Positions 1 through 13,663 of a stretch of 64,000 nucleotides of DNA are shown piece by piece; positions within the stretch are counted from its first letter, which is position 1, and each line of letters begins with the position of its first letter. The notes under the pieces are model-generated. The model did no database searches. It worked only from the letters and a program-made list of their open reading frames with translations, and was not told the origin of the DNA. The position numbers and the translations under genes were made by a program. This DNA is from Mobula birostris (taxonomy: Eukaryota), in contig NC_092374.1 in assembly GCF_030028105.1 (NCBI RefSeq), positions 201,577,577-201,641,576 on the forward strand, written 5' to 3'.

Positions 1-2619
1 TTGTGCTTCCCCTTTTCCTAACTTGACTCCATTTAGATAATAATCTGCCTTCCCGTTCTTACCACCAAAGTGGAGGGGCAGGTCGTGTTCAGGAAGCAGG
101 GAGTCTTCAGAAAGACTTATACAGGTTGGGAGAATGAGCAGATGGAATACAGTGAAAGGAAGTATGGGGATATTGTGAGCAGTTTTGGGCCCTTTATATA
201 AGAAAGGATGTGCCAGCATTACAGACAGTCCATGGAAGGGCGCCACCATAGATAGAGGGCGCCACGGTAGTGGAGCGGTTAACGCAATGCCTCTACAGCT
301 CGGCCTTTCCGGGGTTCATAGGTCAATTCTGGCACCATCTGCAAGGATTATTCCCCCATAAACCATAAGTGTTTCCTTTGGGTCTTCCAGTTTCCTCCCA
401 CAGTCCAAATGCGTACAGTACCATTTGGTAGGTTAGTTGTAGCTTGGTAGTTCATTGTAAATTGTCCCCTGATTAGCCTAGTTTGAAACAGAAGTGTTGC
501 TAGGTTGTGTCAGAAGGGCCTGTTCCACGCTGGATTCCTAAACAAAAAATAAATAATACAAGGTTCACAAGAATGGTTGTGGGAATGAAAGGGTTAATGG
601 TGGCGGGCGCCGATGCTTTTTTTTCCCGGTGGGGGGAGGGGCGAACCGTTGCTTGCTGCCGCTTATGCGTGGGAGGGTGGGTAATTGGTAGGGGGGCTTT
701 GGGGTCCTAACATTTAACTGTTGTTCATTCTTTGGGGCACTCCTCTGTTTTCGTGGATGGTTGCGAGGAAAAAGCATTTCAGGATGTATATCGTAAACAT
801 TTCTCTGATGTTAAATGTACCTTTGAACCTTTGAGCCTTTGTATGTATGAGGAGAATTTGAAGGCTCTGGGACCACATGCGTCGGAGTCTAGAAGAACAA
901 GAAGGGATCTCCATGAAACCTGTAAGATATTGAATGTCCTAGATAGAGTGGACAAGGGGAGGGTGTTTCCTTTTTTAGCAGAATGTATTATTGAAGGGCA
1001 CAGCCTCAGTAGAAAGGGATGTCCCTTTGAAACTGGGATGAAGGGGAAATTTCTACAGCTAGAGGGTGGTGAAGCTGTGGAATTCATTGCCACAGTGGAC
1101 CGTGTAGGTCAAGTCATTGGGTATATTTAAGGGAAAGATTGATAGGTCCTTGATTGGTAAGGGTGTTAAGGATTAAAGAACCTTGAAGTTCGTAGAGAAA
1201 TCACAAATTTTCAAGGCAGTGGAAGGAGGAGGTAAAAAAGGATCAGCCATAATTGAATGGTGTAGCAGGTTTGTTAAGTGCTCCAATAGCTTATGGTTTA
1301 TTGCCTAAGAACTAGCTCATCAGATATACCTCCGAATAGTCTCATTGAAGAGCTCCAGAAAGCCAGAGAATGGGTTTGAGAAACAGAAAAATCAGTGATC
1401 ATTGAAGCAGATTCGATGTACAAATGGCCTAATTCTTCTTCTTTTTCTTATTCTCTGTGTCAAAAGCTCTTCATTCACTGTCAGAAGCGATGAAGCAAAT
1501 CTGCTGCCTCAACAGCCTGCAAATTCCCCACAAGCTCCCAAAGGCTTCGAAATACAGGTCCCAACAGCTAACATCAGGAGCATTTCACAATTCTGCCGCC
1601 CTCACGGAGGAAGGGACGTTGTGAAAGCTATTACTCATCGGCAGGTAGTGGGAAGGTTGGGAAATGGTATCCAGAGTCAGAGCTGAAGATGAGAGCAGGT
1701 TCTGGAGAGCTGAGGAGTATTGACCTGACCACTGGATCCTTCTCGCAGAAGCCCATTTGATGCCCACACCTGCCTCCCAACAAGAAGACCCATGAGTTCA
1801 AATCCAGCCCCGGAAACAAACTTTATATTTCTCTACGACAGAGAACTCACTGTCTGGCTTACAGATCTATTCCCTCATTTTTCCCATGATTATTCTCCCC
1901 ATGTTTCCCAGCAGCTCACCAAAGCGCCAAGAGTCAGGTACACCACCTATCTGCAGTGAGACTAGCAGCAGACTAGACAGCCCCCTTAGCAAGCACCTGC
2001 ACTCCGCCCACCATGGCTACCTGGAATTCTTGACTGCTAGCCATTTTAATTCCCCTCTCCAATTTCCGCACCAGTCTGTGTCCTCGGCCTCTTTCATTGC
2101 CAGGAGGAAGCCATGGAGAGAGAGGTTGGCTTATGAACTATCAACTCCCCATATTCAGCCTGGAGGGGCAGGGTTTAATGCCTGACAGCATAACTTCTCT
2201 ATTTTCAATAGGATTCCCCTCCATCCCTTTTCTCTTCTCCTGATCTACTCAATTCCTTCTTCACCCCCTGCGCCCCCTCCAACACCCTATTTCCTTTGCT
2301 CTCTCCATCTTCCTACAACCCACACATTCCTCCCACTGTTCCCCTCTGAAATCACCACCCTCCTTCCTCTCCTGTTATCCTTGTCATGGTAAGCCTTCCT
2401 CTTCCCACTCCAGGGCCAAAGTTAATCTCAGTGTTAGGGAACACACAGAAGGAACTCAGTGGGTTCGGCAGCATGTGACAGTCAAAGCCTTTCACTAAGG
2501 GTGAAAAAGGGGAGATATCCTGTATAAAGGTTCCAAAATCCCCTCCAATCAGATTCCATATCTGCAGCCCTGAATCACTTCCCACCCTCTGTCACCCCAT
2601 TCCCATCCTTCCCACTCCC

Positions 2620-3260
2620 ACCTGCCTATCACACCTCTAGGGTCATAGAGTACTTCAGAACAGAAACAGGCCCATCTAATCCATGTTGCAGTGCAAACCT
2701 GCCTCGTCCCATTGATACCTGGACCACAGCCCTCTATCCCTTCCCATCCATGTGCCTTACCAAACTTCTGGCAGCTCACATGCAGTTCCCCCCAGATTCC
2801 CCTTCAATATTTCACCTTTCACTCTTAACCCATGACCTCTACTTCTAGTCTCACCCAACCTCAGTGGAAAAAGCCTGCTTGCATTTATCCTTGCTCTACC
2901 CTTCATAATTTTGTATATCTCTATCAAGTCTCTCCTCATTTGTCTACACTCTCCAGGGAATTAAATCCTAACCTATTTGACCTTTCCTTGTAACTCAGGA
3001 CCTCAATTCCAGGCAAAATCCTTGTAAATGCTCTATGTACTCTTTCAACCTTATTGATATCTTTTCTGTAGGTAGCAGAACAGAATTGTATGCAATACTC
3101 CAGATTAGGCCTCACCACCATCTTATACAACTTCAACATAACATCCCAACTCAATACGCTGATTTATGAAGGCCAATGTGCTGAAAGCTCTCTTTGTGAC
3201 CCTGTCTACTCAAGACACCTCTTTCAAGGAAACATGGACCTGTATTCCTTTTGTTCTACT
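2620..3260 (-). mobile_element. CR1 3' fragment
   Basis: RPNLEYCIQF and RRDLIEIYKIM motifs. Confidence 0.75.
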
Positions 3261-5519
3261 GCACTCTTCACCTGGATCCAACCATCAACCAGCAGCTGTT
3301 GCCCCATTCCCTACCCCTCACGTATCTATAGCATCTATCTCCCCTCTCCTCTTACGGTTCAGATGAAGGTTCTCAACCCAAAATGTCGCCTGTCCATTCC
3401 CCTCCACAGACGTTGCCTGAACCCGCACCTTACCTGCATGCCTTTGGATGCAGTGGAACCTAGGAAGAGAAATTCTAAACTCAACAGTGATGAGGATTGA
3501 ACCTGGGTGTCTGATTCTGCTAAGTGAGCCACCTTGTCTTCACCCTGCCCTGCACCAATGGGATGACAAATGGCCTAGAGTAAACTGTTGTCAAGTAGAG
3601 TGGGAGAAAGATATTTGTCCCATCAAGCCAAAGTTAAAATAGGCTGTTTTAGAAAAATTTTCATCCTAAAATTACCTCACATCATGGACTAGTAATCTTT
3701 ATGATCCTAGAGGTGGAATTCAGAGCGCTGGGCTGAATTGGAAAGGCTGAATCGAGGTGGCAGTTCTGAGCCTGGGAACATATCAATGAGCAGGGCCAGG
3801 TCTGAAAGCAAGGATCAACCTGCTGCTTAGCTGAATTAAGTGCCGGTCCATATTGCAAAGCAGGGTGTCACTGGCAGAGACGAGAGACGGGCTGGCACTG
3901 AGCTCACTGCTCTGCAAGGTTTACCTGAACTGAGGCTGTGGCCTGCAACTTATGGGCTGGATCGGGCGCGGTGATGGCTGGCTTCATGGCTGTAGACTCA
4001 CTCCCTTGAACTTCAGTCCTGAATGTTATTTGTTTACTTCTATTGTTTGCAGGATTTGATTTTCTTTTTCTGCACATGGAGTGTTTGATTTTTTTTTAAT
4101 GGGTTCTATGGGGTTTCTTTGTTTTGCGGCTGCCTGCAGGGAGACGAGTCTCAAGGTTGTATATAGTTTACATTCTTTGACAATGTGGGCATGTGGCCAA
4201 GTGGTTAAGGCATTGGACTAGCGACCTGATGAGGCAATGTGTTGTGTCCTTGAGCAAGGCACTTAATCACACATCACTCTGTGACGACACTGGTGCCAAG
4301 CTGTATGGGCCCTAATGCTCTTCCCTTGGACAACATCAGTGTCATGGAGAGGGGAGACTTGCAGCTAGTAAATATACTTTGAATAAGGAAGGAAGAAGCC
4401 TTTGTGTGAACACTCATCAGAATTAAAATCTGGTGGTGCACATTTCACAACATATTCTAATGTACATGACGTGAAACATGTTGCTTTGTGGCAGCAGTAC
4501 CATGCAATGAAATACAATTTCTATATCCACAAAATAAATAGTGCAGATATCAAGGAATAACAGTTCAGAAATCTGATGGCAGAAAGAGAAGCTGTTCCTG
4601 AATCAATGAGTGTGTGTTTTCAAACCATGGACCTCCTCCCTGAGGGTAGAAATGAGAAGAGGATGAGGGATGAGTGTGGCCCTCTTGAGGCATCACCTCG
4701 AAGGTGTGGTCAGTGTTGGTGAGGGAGCTGCCTGAGTTCAGAACATAGACATAGACAACCACAGCATATTACAGGCCCTTCGGCCCACAATGTTGTGCCG
4801 ACCATGGTTTACAACCCTCAGCAGCTCTGCACCTGAAGTGGTGTGACGATATAAAACAGAAAATGGTGCAAAACCTTTCGGAGGCCAGTCAAGGAAGAGG
4901 AACAGAGTGAATGCCTTCCCACAGACACACCAGCATTCCCTCAGTGCTTTTCTGCAACATGGGAGCAACCAATCTTCCAACCATTCACTTGCTGACCTCG
5001 AGAATTGCTGGGAGGACTGAGGTGCTGATTGACAATTACCAATCAGTTTCACTTCTGAATCAGCATGGGCAATGATTCTTCTCTGGAGCGACAGAGGCTG
5101 AAGAGAGGTCTGGCAGAGGTTTGTAAGATTAAGAGAGAGGTAGACAGAGTAGATGGTCAGTACCCTTTTCCCAGGGTTGCAATTTCTAATACCAGAGGGA
5201 ATGTGTCTAAAGTGAGAGGAGGAAAGTTCAAAGGAAATATGAGAGACAAGATTTTTTTTTACACAGAGTTACACGGACTTCTTCATCAAGTTATGCTATT
5301 GGGTGGGTGGGGGTGCCTGTTGTGGTGTAGAGGCAGAAATATTAGAGACTTTTAAGAGACGTTTAGATAGAAATATGAATGTGGGGAAAATTGAAGGATA
5401 TGAAAATTTGTAGCCCGGAGAGATTAGTTTATTTGGCCGTTAATTTAATTGGATTGGCACAAGATTGTGGGCCGAAAAGGATGTTCCTGTGCTGTACCCT
5501 TCAATGAGGGCAAACCACT

Positions 5520-5950
5520 AGTCGCGCCTATGGTCCTACACTAATACCCGTACCCTCAGTATGAGATTAGGGACGATTCAGCTCCCGGATCCTATTCGGG
5601 GGTCAGGTAGGGAGTGGGGGATTGTCTGAAATGCCAGTGAGTCTATTTTTGAGGATGGACCCCAGCTGAGCTGGAGAGGCGCCACCTCTGCCGTGGAGCA
5701 GAAGCGGAGGCAGACGCCGGTGTACCGGTGCGCCCGCACGTACCCCTCTGACGCCGTCCTGCAGGGTTACATGCTCGGCTGGTAACCGACGTATCGAAGC
5801 GCTGCGGCTCAGCCGATGTCTCAGGTACGGGGGCGTGGCGGCGAGAAAACGGCGACTGAGAACACCACGATTTCACTTTCTGCTTCTACCTCGGGTCCGG
5901 CGCTACAGCTGTAGAGGGACGGGGCCAAAATCCCAGTGGAGGGTGTAAGC
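5520..5950. promoter_or_regulatory. CpG-island-like GC-rich unique segment; function unresolved
   Basis: Dense CG dinucleotides compared with the flanking repeats. It contains splice-like sites on both strands, but no recognisable protein domain in any frame. Confidence 0.45.
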
Positions 5951-8461
5951 GGCATGGAATCAGTCAGTGCATCAGGGCACACACACACACACACAGATAT
6001 ACAGTAGATAGACACAGAAACATAGAGGTATACGCAGAAAGACACACAGATATTCACAGCCAGACTCAGATAAGCACACAGAAGCACAAGGCGTATATAA
6101 ACCCACAGAAACATTGGCCCATATACAAAGGGACACTCACTTCAGCGCACACTGACACAACAGCCACCGACGTTCACACAATGTACCTTCATTCTCCGTT
6201 TCTCTGTCTGGGAGGTTGATTTGCTTTTACTGTGGGTTCTGGAGTGGCTGACGAGTCTGATGTGGAGGTCATGGGCCCTCCCAGCAGGAGTTGTCTGATG
6301 AGGTGAAGGAGGTGGTTCAGTTGGGTTTGCTCCTTCCACTCGTTACTAGAAGCTCTGGGTATGTGGATTGAGATTTCCAGCACCTTTCCAAATCTTCCTT
6401 CCGCACTCGGCTGTCGTGGCTCAGAGACTCCCAGGAAGTAGCCGGCTGCTCATCCTCGGCAAAGCTTTGAACACGTCCCTACATCTGTATCTCCATCAGC
6501 CTGGCCATGCCCTTTTCAAGTTGCTGATGTTTGGTGGAGAGCATGTTGACTGGCTGCGTATGGGAACACAAATGCCCTTGAGTGGAAATTCCTTTAAAAA
6601 GTGGTGAACGCAGCCCAGTCCACCATTGAACACATCTACATGAAACACTGTGGCTGGAAAGCTCATCTATCATCAGGGATTCCATGACCCAGGACTCACT
6701 CTCTTCTTGTTGCTGACATCAGGCAGGAGGTACAGGAGCCTTAGGGCTCACACCACCAGGTTCAGGAACAGTTATTACCCCTCATCAGGCTCTTGAACCA
6801 GAGGGATAACTTCACACAACTTCACTTGGCTCATAACTGAAATGTTCCCAGACAACCTATGGACTCAATTTCCAGGAATCTTCATCTCATGTTCTTGATA
6901 TTTATTGCTTATTTAGTTATTATTATTATTATTTCTTTCATTTTTTAGTTGCAAAGTCTGTTGTGTTGTGCACACTGATTGAATGCATGTTTGATGCAGT
7001 CTCTCATTGATTCTATTATGGTTACTATTCTATTATGTATTTATTGAGTATTCCCACAAGAAAATGACTGTCAGGGGCATTTGATTGTACTTGGGAAGTT
7101 GCCTCTCATTTAACACGCTTATAATTTACCTCACAGGGTGGTTGATGAATTGTAAATATGAGTGTATTTTGGATCATCTGACATGTTGCAGATGTGTGTG
7201 AGCTGTCATCTTGAAGTAGTGTGGGGGTATGGTTGTGAAACCTCCGTACCTGTATTTGTGAATTGTTGCGCTGTAAATGTATTAGCTGCCATGATATGTT
7301 CAGGGATGGCAGGTGGGGGGAGGTTTGTTTTGGGGGTACGATACTAAAGCAAAATGGAGGAAAATGTAATCCATTATATATTCTGTATTATGTCATTCCT
7401 TCAATAAAAAGAAAAAAAGAAAAAAAGAGAGAAAAAGAAAAAAAACAAAAAAAAGAAAAAAAAAGAAAATAACTGTCAGAATGATGTGGTGACAATAAAT
7501 GTAATTTTGATAATAAGTTTATTTTGAACTTCAGAATGTGCTGCCAAGTGTGATGGGGAAGACAAAAGAGACACCCACGAGGCTTATAAATAGGCACAAG
7601 AATGTGAGGAAAATGGAAAAATATGGACATTGTTTAGGCAGAAGGGAGCAGTTCAGTTGAGCATATGATTACTAGTTTGTTTAACACAGCATCATGGTTC
7701 AAAGGCCTGTACTATAAACAGAAGTGATTCTGCAGATGCTGGAAATCCAGAGCTACACACACACAGAATGGTGACAGAACTCAGCAGATCAGGCACACCT
7801 GTAGAAATGAATAAACAATTGATGTTTTTGTCCGAGACCCTTCATCGGGGCTGGAAAGGAAGGGGGAAAAAGCCAGGGGGAAGAAGGTGGGGGGAGGGGA
7901 AGGTTTACAAGCTAGAAGCTAACAGTTGAAACTCAGTGGATGGGGATGGGGGGGTGGGAAATTAAGAAGCAATGAGGTGATAGGTGGAAAAGGCAAAAGG
8001 CTAGAGAAGAAGGAATCTGATAGGAGAGGATAATGGACCTTGGAAGAAAGGGAAGGAGGAGGGGTACCATGGGGTGGTGATAGGCAGGTGAGGAGAAGAG
8101 TTAAGAGGCCTGATTGGGGAGATGGTGCTCAGTACTCGGTGTCAGGAAGCTGATCAGAGCTCGAAGTTTTCGGATAACTCAGAGTCGGATTGTAGTCGGC
8201 ATGGCAGGGAGAGTTTTTCTTCCTTCTCCCGTCTGCGTGAGATGTGGGACACTTGAGAAACTTTGAACTTTACTGTGCTCACGGACTTCTTCATCAAGTT
8301 ATGCTATTGTTGCACTGTTTGTAACTATATGTTATAATTATGTGTTTTTTTTTCAGTCTTGGTCTGTCCTGTGTTTTGTGATATCACACCGAAGGAAATA
8401 TTGTATCATTTCTTAATGCATGCATTAATAAATGACAATAAAAGAGGACTACATGTCTTCA

Positions 8462-9170
8462 TAATCTAATCTAAACTTTGAGGTCCTGTTTCTCAACTTC
8501 TTCCCTAACTCCCAGTAGTCTGTTTTCAGGACCTCCTCCCTTTTCCTACCTATGTCGTTGTTACCAATATGTACCATGACCTCTGGCTGTTCTTCCCACT
8601 TCAAGATATCGTGGATGCGATCAGAAACATCCCGGACCCTGGCACCTGGGAGGGAATCTACCATCCGCGTTTCTTTCCTGTGTCCACAGAATCGCCTGTC
8701 TTACCCCTAACTATAGAGTCCCCTATCACTGCTGCCATCCTCTTCCCTTCCCTACCCTTCTGAGCCACAGGGCCAGACTCTGTGCTAGAGATGCAACCAC
8801 TGTCGCTTCCCCCAGGTAGGACGTTACCCCCCCTCAACAGAACTCAAGCAGGAATACTTATTGTTAAGGGGGACAGCCACTGGAGTACTCTCTAGTACCT
8901 GCTTCTTGCCCTTCCCTCTCCTGACTGTTACCCACTTCTCTGTCTCACAAGGCCCCGGTGTGACTACCTGCCTATAGCTCCTCTCTATCACCTCCTCATT
9001 CTCTCTAACCAGACAAAGGTCATCAACCTGCATCTCCAGATCCCTGATGCGGTCTCTAAGGAGCTGCCGCTTAACACACCTGGTGCAGATGTGGCCTTCC
9101 TGGAGGCCGGGAGTCTCCAGGACCTCCCACATCTGACACCGAGCACAGAAAACCGGCCTCACGCACACAC
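8462..9170 (-). mobile_element. CR1 ORF1 fragment (Cys-rich N-terminus, coiled segment, esterase-like part)
   Basis: CARCQMWE...CTRC...LRDRIRDLE...WVTVRRGKG...PLNNKY; LPGARVRDV...VMVHIGNND. Confidence 0.8.
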
Positions 9171-9484
9171 TTTCTGTCTTTATTTTAAACAGATATTCTA
9201 CCCTGCCTTATCGCCTAAGCCCCATTAAGCCAAAGCCTTCCTACTCTGTCTCCCACTACTCTGACACCCATTCTGTAAATCTGTCTTCTTTTTAAACTCT
9301 TCCCGCTGTTCTCACTGGCCGATCTCCACGTGCTTGCGCAGTCGTGCCCCATTCAAACTGCAGAAGAAATAACCTGGATGCTGGAAATTCAAGCAGCACA
9401 CTCAAAATGCTAGAGGCACTCAGCAGGTCAGGCAGCATGTGTGGAAAAGAGAAGACAGTCAGCTGTTTACAGTCATTTGGGGTG

Positions 9485-10860
9485 ATGAATGTGAGCTGTG
9501 TGTGTGTGTGTTTGGGAGTGTGTATATGTGTGTATGCTTGNNNNNNNNNNNNNNNNNNNNNNNNNNNNNNNNNNNNNNNNNNNNNNNNNNNNNNNNNNNN
9601 NNNNNNNNNNNNNNNNNNNNNNNNNNNNNNNNNNNNNNNNNNNNNNNNNNNNNNNNNNNNNNNNNNNNNNNNNGAGAGTGTGTGTACTGTGTTTGGAGTG
9701 ATGGTGTTCGTGTGAGTCAGTGTGTGTATGTGTATGTCTGTATTTCTGTATATTAGTGAGTGTGTGTCTGTGTTTGGGGTGGTGGTGTTTGTGTAAGTCC
9801 GTACGTGTGGCATGTGTGCGTGCGTGTGTGTCTGTGTGTTGGTGAGTGTGAGTGTGTTTAGGGTGATGGAGGTGGTATATTTGTGTGTGTGTGTGTCTGT
9901 ATTTCGGGTGATGTAGGTACTGTGTTTGTGTGTCTGATTTTGGCGATGAAGGCTCTGTGTGTGTGTGCGTGTGCTTCTGTATGTTGTGAGTGTGTGTGTG
10001 TGTGTGTTTGGGATGATGATATTTGTGTGAGCCTGTGTGTGTGTGTGTGTGTGTTAGTGAGTGTAAGTGTGTTTCTGTGTTTTGGGTGATGGAGGTGGTG
10101 TATTTGTGTGTCTGAAGTGATGAAGGTTGTGTGTGTGGGTCCGTGTGTGTGTGTGAGTGTGTGTGTGTGTATGTGTATGTGTGTGTCTGATTGTGGCGAT
10201 GAAGGCTGTGCGTGTGTGTCTGTGTGATTGTGTTTGGATTGATATAAGTGGTGTGTGTGTATACACGCGTGTGTTTGTGTGTATCTTGGGGTGATGGCTG
10301 TGGTGTGTGTCTATGTGTGTGTTTGTTTGGGGTGATGGTGTATGTGTGTTTCTGTGTGTGAATGAGTGTGTGTGTTTGTTGTGATGGAGATGGTGTGTTA
10401 GAGTGGATGTGTGTGTTTCAGGTGGGGGTTGTGTGTATGTGTGTCTGTGTCTGTGTGTTGGGGGAGATGGAGGTGGTGTATTTCTGTGTGTGTGTGCACA
10501 TGCGTGCATTCGTTTCAGATGGAGGTTTGTGTGTGAGTTTGGGGTGATGGAAGTGGTGCATGTGGGGTGGATGGAGTTGTTTCGTGTGCGTGTGTCTGTG
10601 TGTGTGTGGGGTGGTGATGGAGTTTGTGTCTGTGTGTGTGGGGGTGATGGAGGTGGTGTGTGTGTGGGGGGGGTGGAGTTGTTTTGTGTGTGTGTTTGTG
10701 TGTGGGTGGGGTGATGGAGTTTGTGTTTGTGTGTGTTTGTGGTGATGGATGTGGTATGTGTGTGGGGGTGGAGTTGTGTATGTATATATTTGTGTTTGGG
10801 GTGATGAAGGTTGTGTGTGTGTATTTGGGGTCATGTCGATGGGTGAGGGTTTGGACGTGG
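9485..10860. repeat. Compound (GT)n-rich low-complexity array spanning an N gap
   Basis: GT runs interleaved with recurring ggggtgatggaggtggtgt units. Confidence 0.9.
9541..9673. other. Assembly gap (N run); other gaps at 12706-12926, 35104-35277, 36214-36384 and 51011-51199
   Basis: N runs of unequal length. None falls between the Ig exons; one lies in TRIM intron 1. Confidence 1.
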
Positions 10861-13371
10861 GTTGGTTGGGTGGTGGGAGGTCAGTGGAGGTACCACAGTG
10901 GTAATCAATTATTCTAGTCCACTTTGTGCAGCCATTCTCGGAACACAATGAAAGCAGTGGTGATCGCTGATCGTGTTTCGATTCCCACCATGGTCTGTAA
11001 GGCATCTGGAGGGTCTCCCTGTGACCACCCAAGTTTCCTTCAGCATTCCTCCGACATTCCAAAGACATTCCAGTCAGAGATATTAAGTTGTGGGCATGCT
11101 ATGTTGAAACCTTAGGTTGGATGATACCTTTGGGCTGTCCCCAGTACAATTATTGAAAAGTGTTGGTCGTTGACGCAAAAGAAAAGACTTGTGTTTCGAT
11201 GCATGTATGACAGATGAGGCTAATCCTAAAAAAGAATCATTCCCTCCGGAGAGAACATTGTTTACATTCAAAATCCAGGGTGCAGAGTTAATTGTCCAGC
11301 CTCAGCTGTTGCGTCACTCAAGGGGGTTTTTACATGTGCAGTTCTGGTCTTGAGCATGGGATATACATTAGCATTTTTGTCCACGAGTGTCTGTGAGCAC
11401 TGGTCCAACCACTTTGCAATCTCTGGGTATTTATTCGTGATTTATTTCATCAGCTGCTTTGTTGGTCCCCACCCAGCTACCGTTGTGAGATTCTCGCACT
11501 CACTCTGAATTACTCTCTGAACCATCGGGTGTTTAGCGACCTGATATTTAACGCACAGGTGAAACAAGCAATAACTTGCAGCATTACAAATTAAACCCTT
11601 CGGCCTATCAGTAGCTGGTTTCTATGCTGCAGCTGGTCTGCTTTGAGAAGCTCTTCCCCTCGCGAATTCATTTCCAAGCCTGTTAATACAAACTATTGTG
11701 TAATGCTATGTCACTGCGTGTGCTGACTTTCTGACCTGTTGGTATAATTCACTCCAAAGCCTGCTCATACAAACCACCGTGTAATGCCTCATCATTGCGT
11801 GTGCAGGCCTTCTTACTCATTTGTATAATCCATAAATAAATAAATAGGCAAAAGTGTTATTGATTTATTTGAAGCTTGCAGGATCTGGAAGGTCACTTTG
11901 GGGTTTTTTATTCAGAAGGCCAACAGTTCAATAAGCGTACGTGCCTGCTTTTAATTAACAGAATATTGGTAGATCAAAGAGGGATAACTGTGTTTATTAG
12001 TTCTCGATCAGGACTGGAAGGGTAACATCTGGAAGCAAGTACAAATATCACTCTGGTTGGGTCGGTTCAGTCCGGTGGGAATTCCAGGCAATTGGAAAAT
12101 CTGCCTTTGGGATCCTCAGCTGAAAGAGAGAGCAACTTCAAAAGGTTACACATGTAGCAAGCTCACAAACACAAGATTGCATGACGTTGTCCTTGATCGA
12201 TGAACGACTGATTTACAAATTGTAGCATGATCACCCTTAAATTTAAGGGGCCATCTTGCTCAAGCACTGCTTCTTCACCCACAGCGAGGCTCCTGTAATT
12301 CAATTTCACTGGCCTTTTTGAATTTAGGAATTTCTCCTAACAATTCCCAGAAATGAACCCCTCGTGTGAAGGGGGAGTTATAATTCTCAAGTGAAGTTGT
12401 GCCTATTTCAGCTGCCTCACAGCTGCCAGTAAAATAAAGAACCCGCAGATGCTACAAATCTGACACAGCATCCATCCATTGGCCCTCCTGGTTTACCAAT
12501 CTGCAATCCCAGCCTAATCACAGGACAACGTACAATGACCAATAAACCTACCATTGTCCTAATCACAGGACAGTATACAATGCCAATTAACCTACTAACT
12601 GGTATGACCTTAGACTGTGGGAAGGAACCAGAGCAACCAGAAAAAACCTCTGCGTTCCTATGGGGGGATGTACAAACGCCTTATAGAGGACACTGGAATA
12701 AATCTNNNNNNNNNNNNNNNNNNNNNNNNNNNNNNNNNNNNNNNNNNNNNNNNNNNNNNNNNNNNNNNNNNNNNNNNNNNNNNNNNNNNNNNNNNNNNNN
12801 NNNNNNNNNNNNNNNNNNNNNNNNNNNNNNNNNNNNNNNNNNNNNNNNNNNNNNNNNNNNNNNNNNNNNNNNNNNNNNNNNNNNNNNNNNNNNNNNNNNN
12901 NNNNNNNNNNNNNNNNNNNNNNNNNNCAACTTGGAGATCTTTTCAATGAAGGCCTAAGCCCCGGGGAAGTGTGAAGGAGCAGGGCTGGCTCTGGAGTGGT
13001 ATCAGAGCTCAGAGAGGGGAACAAACTGTTTTCTCCAGAGCAGGGAAGGATAATGAGAGATCTGACAGGGCTTTTCAGAAACATATTGGTGCTCTCTTGT
13101 TTCCAAAGCAGAGAAGCAAAAGAAGGCTGAGAGATCAGGAGGAAAATCATGGAACTCATCCACGGTGAACTTGCCAAGAGCCTACCTAATCTACACAAAA
13201 GGAATAAACAGCCCATACTTCAGGCTGAGACTCGTCCTCAGGCCGAGTGTCTTTGTGTGTGTTTGTTTATTCTTCTCCATAGTTGCTTCCTGGTCTGCTG
13301 AATTCCTCCAGCACTCTGTGTGTGTTGCTAAAGACTGCCAGCATCTGCAGAATCTCTAGCATTTATAGGCA

Positions 13372-13663
13372 TCCGTTAGTCTCATGAGACCATGGATTTG
13401 CGCCTCGGAAGGCTTCCAGGGCGCAGGGCTGGGCAAGGTTGTATGGAAGACCGGCAGTTGCCCGTGCTGCAAGTCTCCCCTCTCCATGACACCGATGTTG
13501 TCCAAGAGAAGGGCACTAGGGCCAATACAGCTTGGCACCGGTGTCGTCACAGAGCGATGTGTAGTTAACTGCCTTGCTCAAGGACACAACATGCTGCCTC
13601 AACCAAGGCTCGAACTAGTGACCTTCAGATCACTAGACCGATGCCTTAACCACTTGGCCACAC
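13372..13663 (-). mobile_element. tRNA-derived SINE (a partial plus-strand copy lies at about 4186-4365)
   Basis: On the minus strand: A-box-like tggccaagtggttaaggc and B-box-like gttcgagcc. The body is shared with the copy at 4186. Confidence 0.75.

Noticed and set aside
10054-11068. His/Thr-rich and Val/Cys-rich ORFs
   Set aside because: Translation artefacts of the GT/CA array.
12930-13230. Coding-like purine-rich stretch next to a gap (one frame reads VVSELREGNKLFSPEQGRIMRDL...EIRRKIMELIHGELAKSLP with two stops)
   Set aside because: No recognisable family and no clean splice sites; it may be a pseudogene fragment. A TBLASTX search would settle it.
13600-13663. tRNA-like A and B boxes
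   Set aside because: They are the head of a tRNA-derived SINE, continuous with a repeat body, and form no full cloverleaf.
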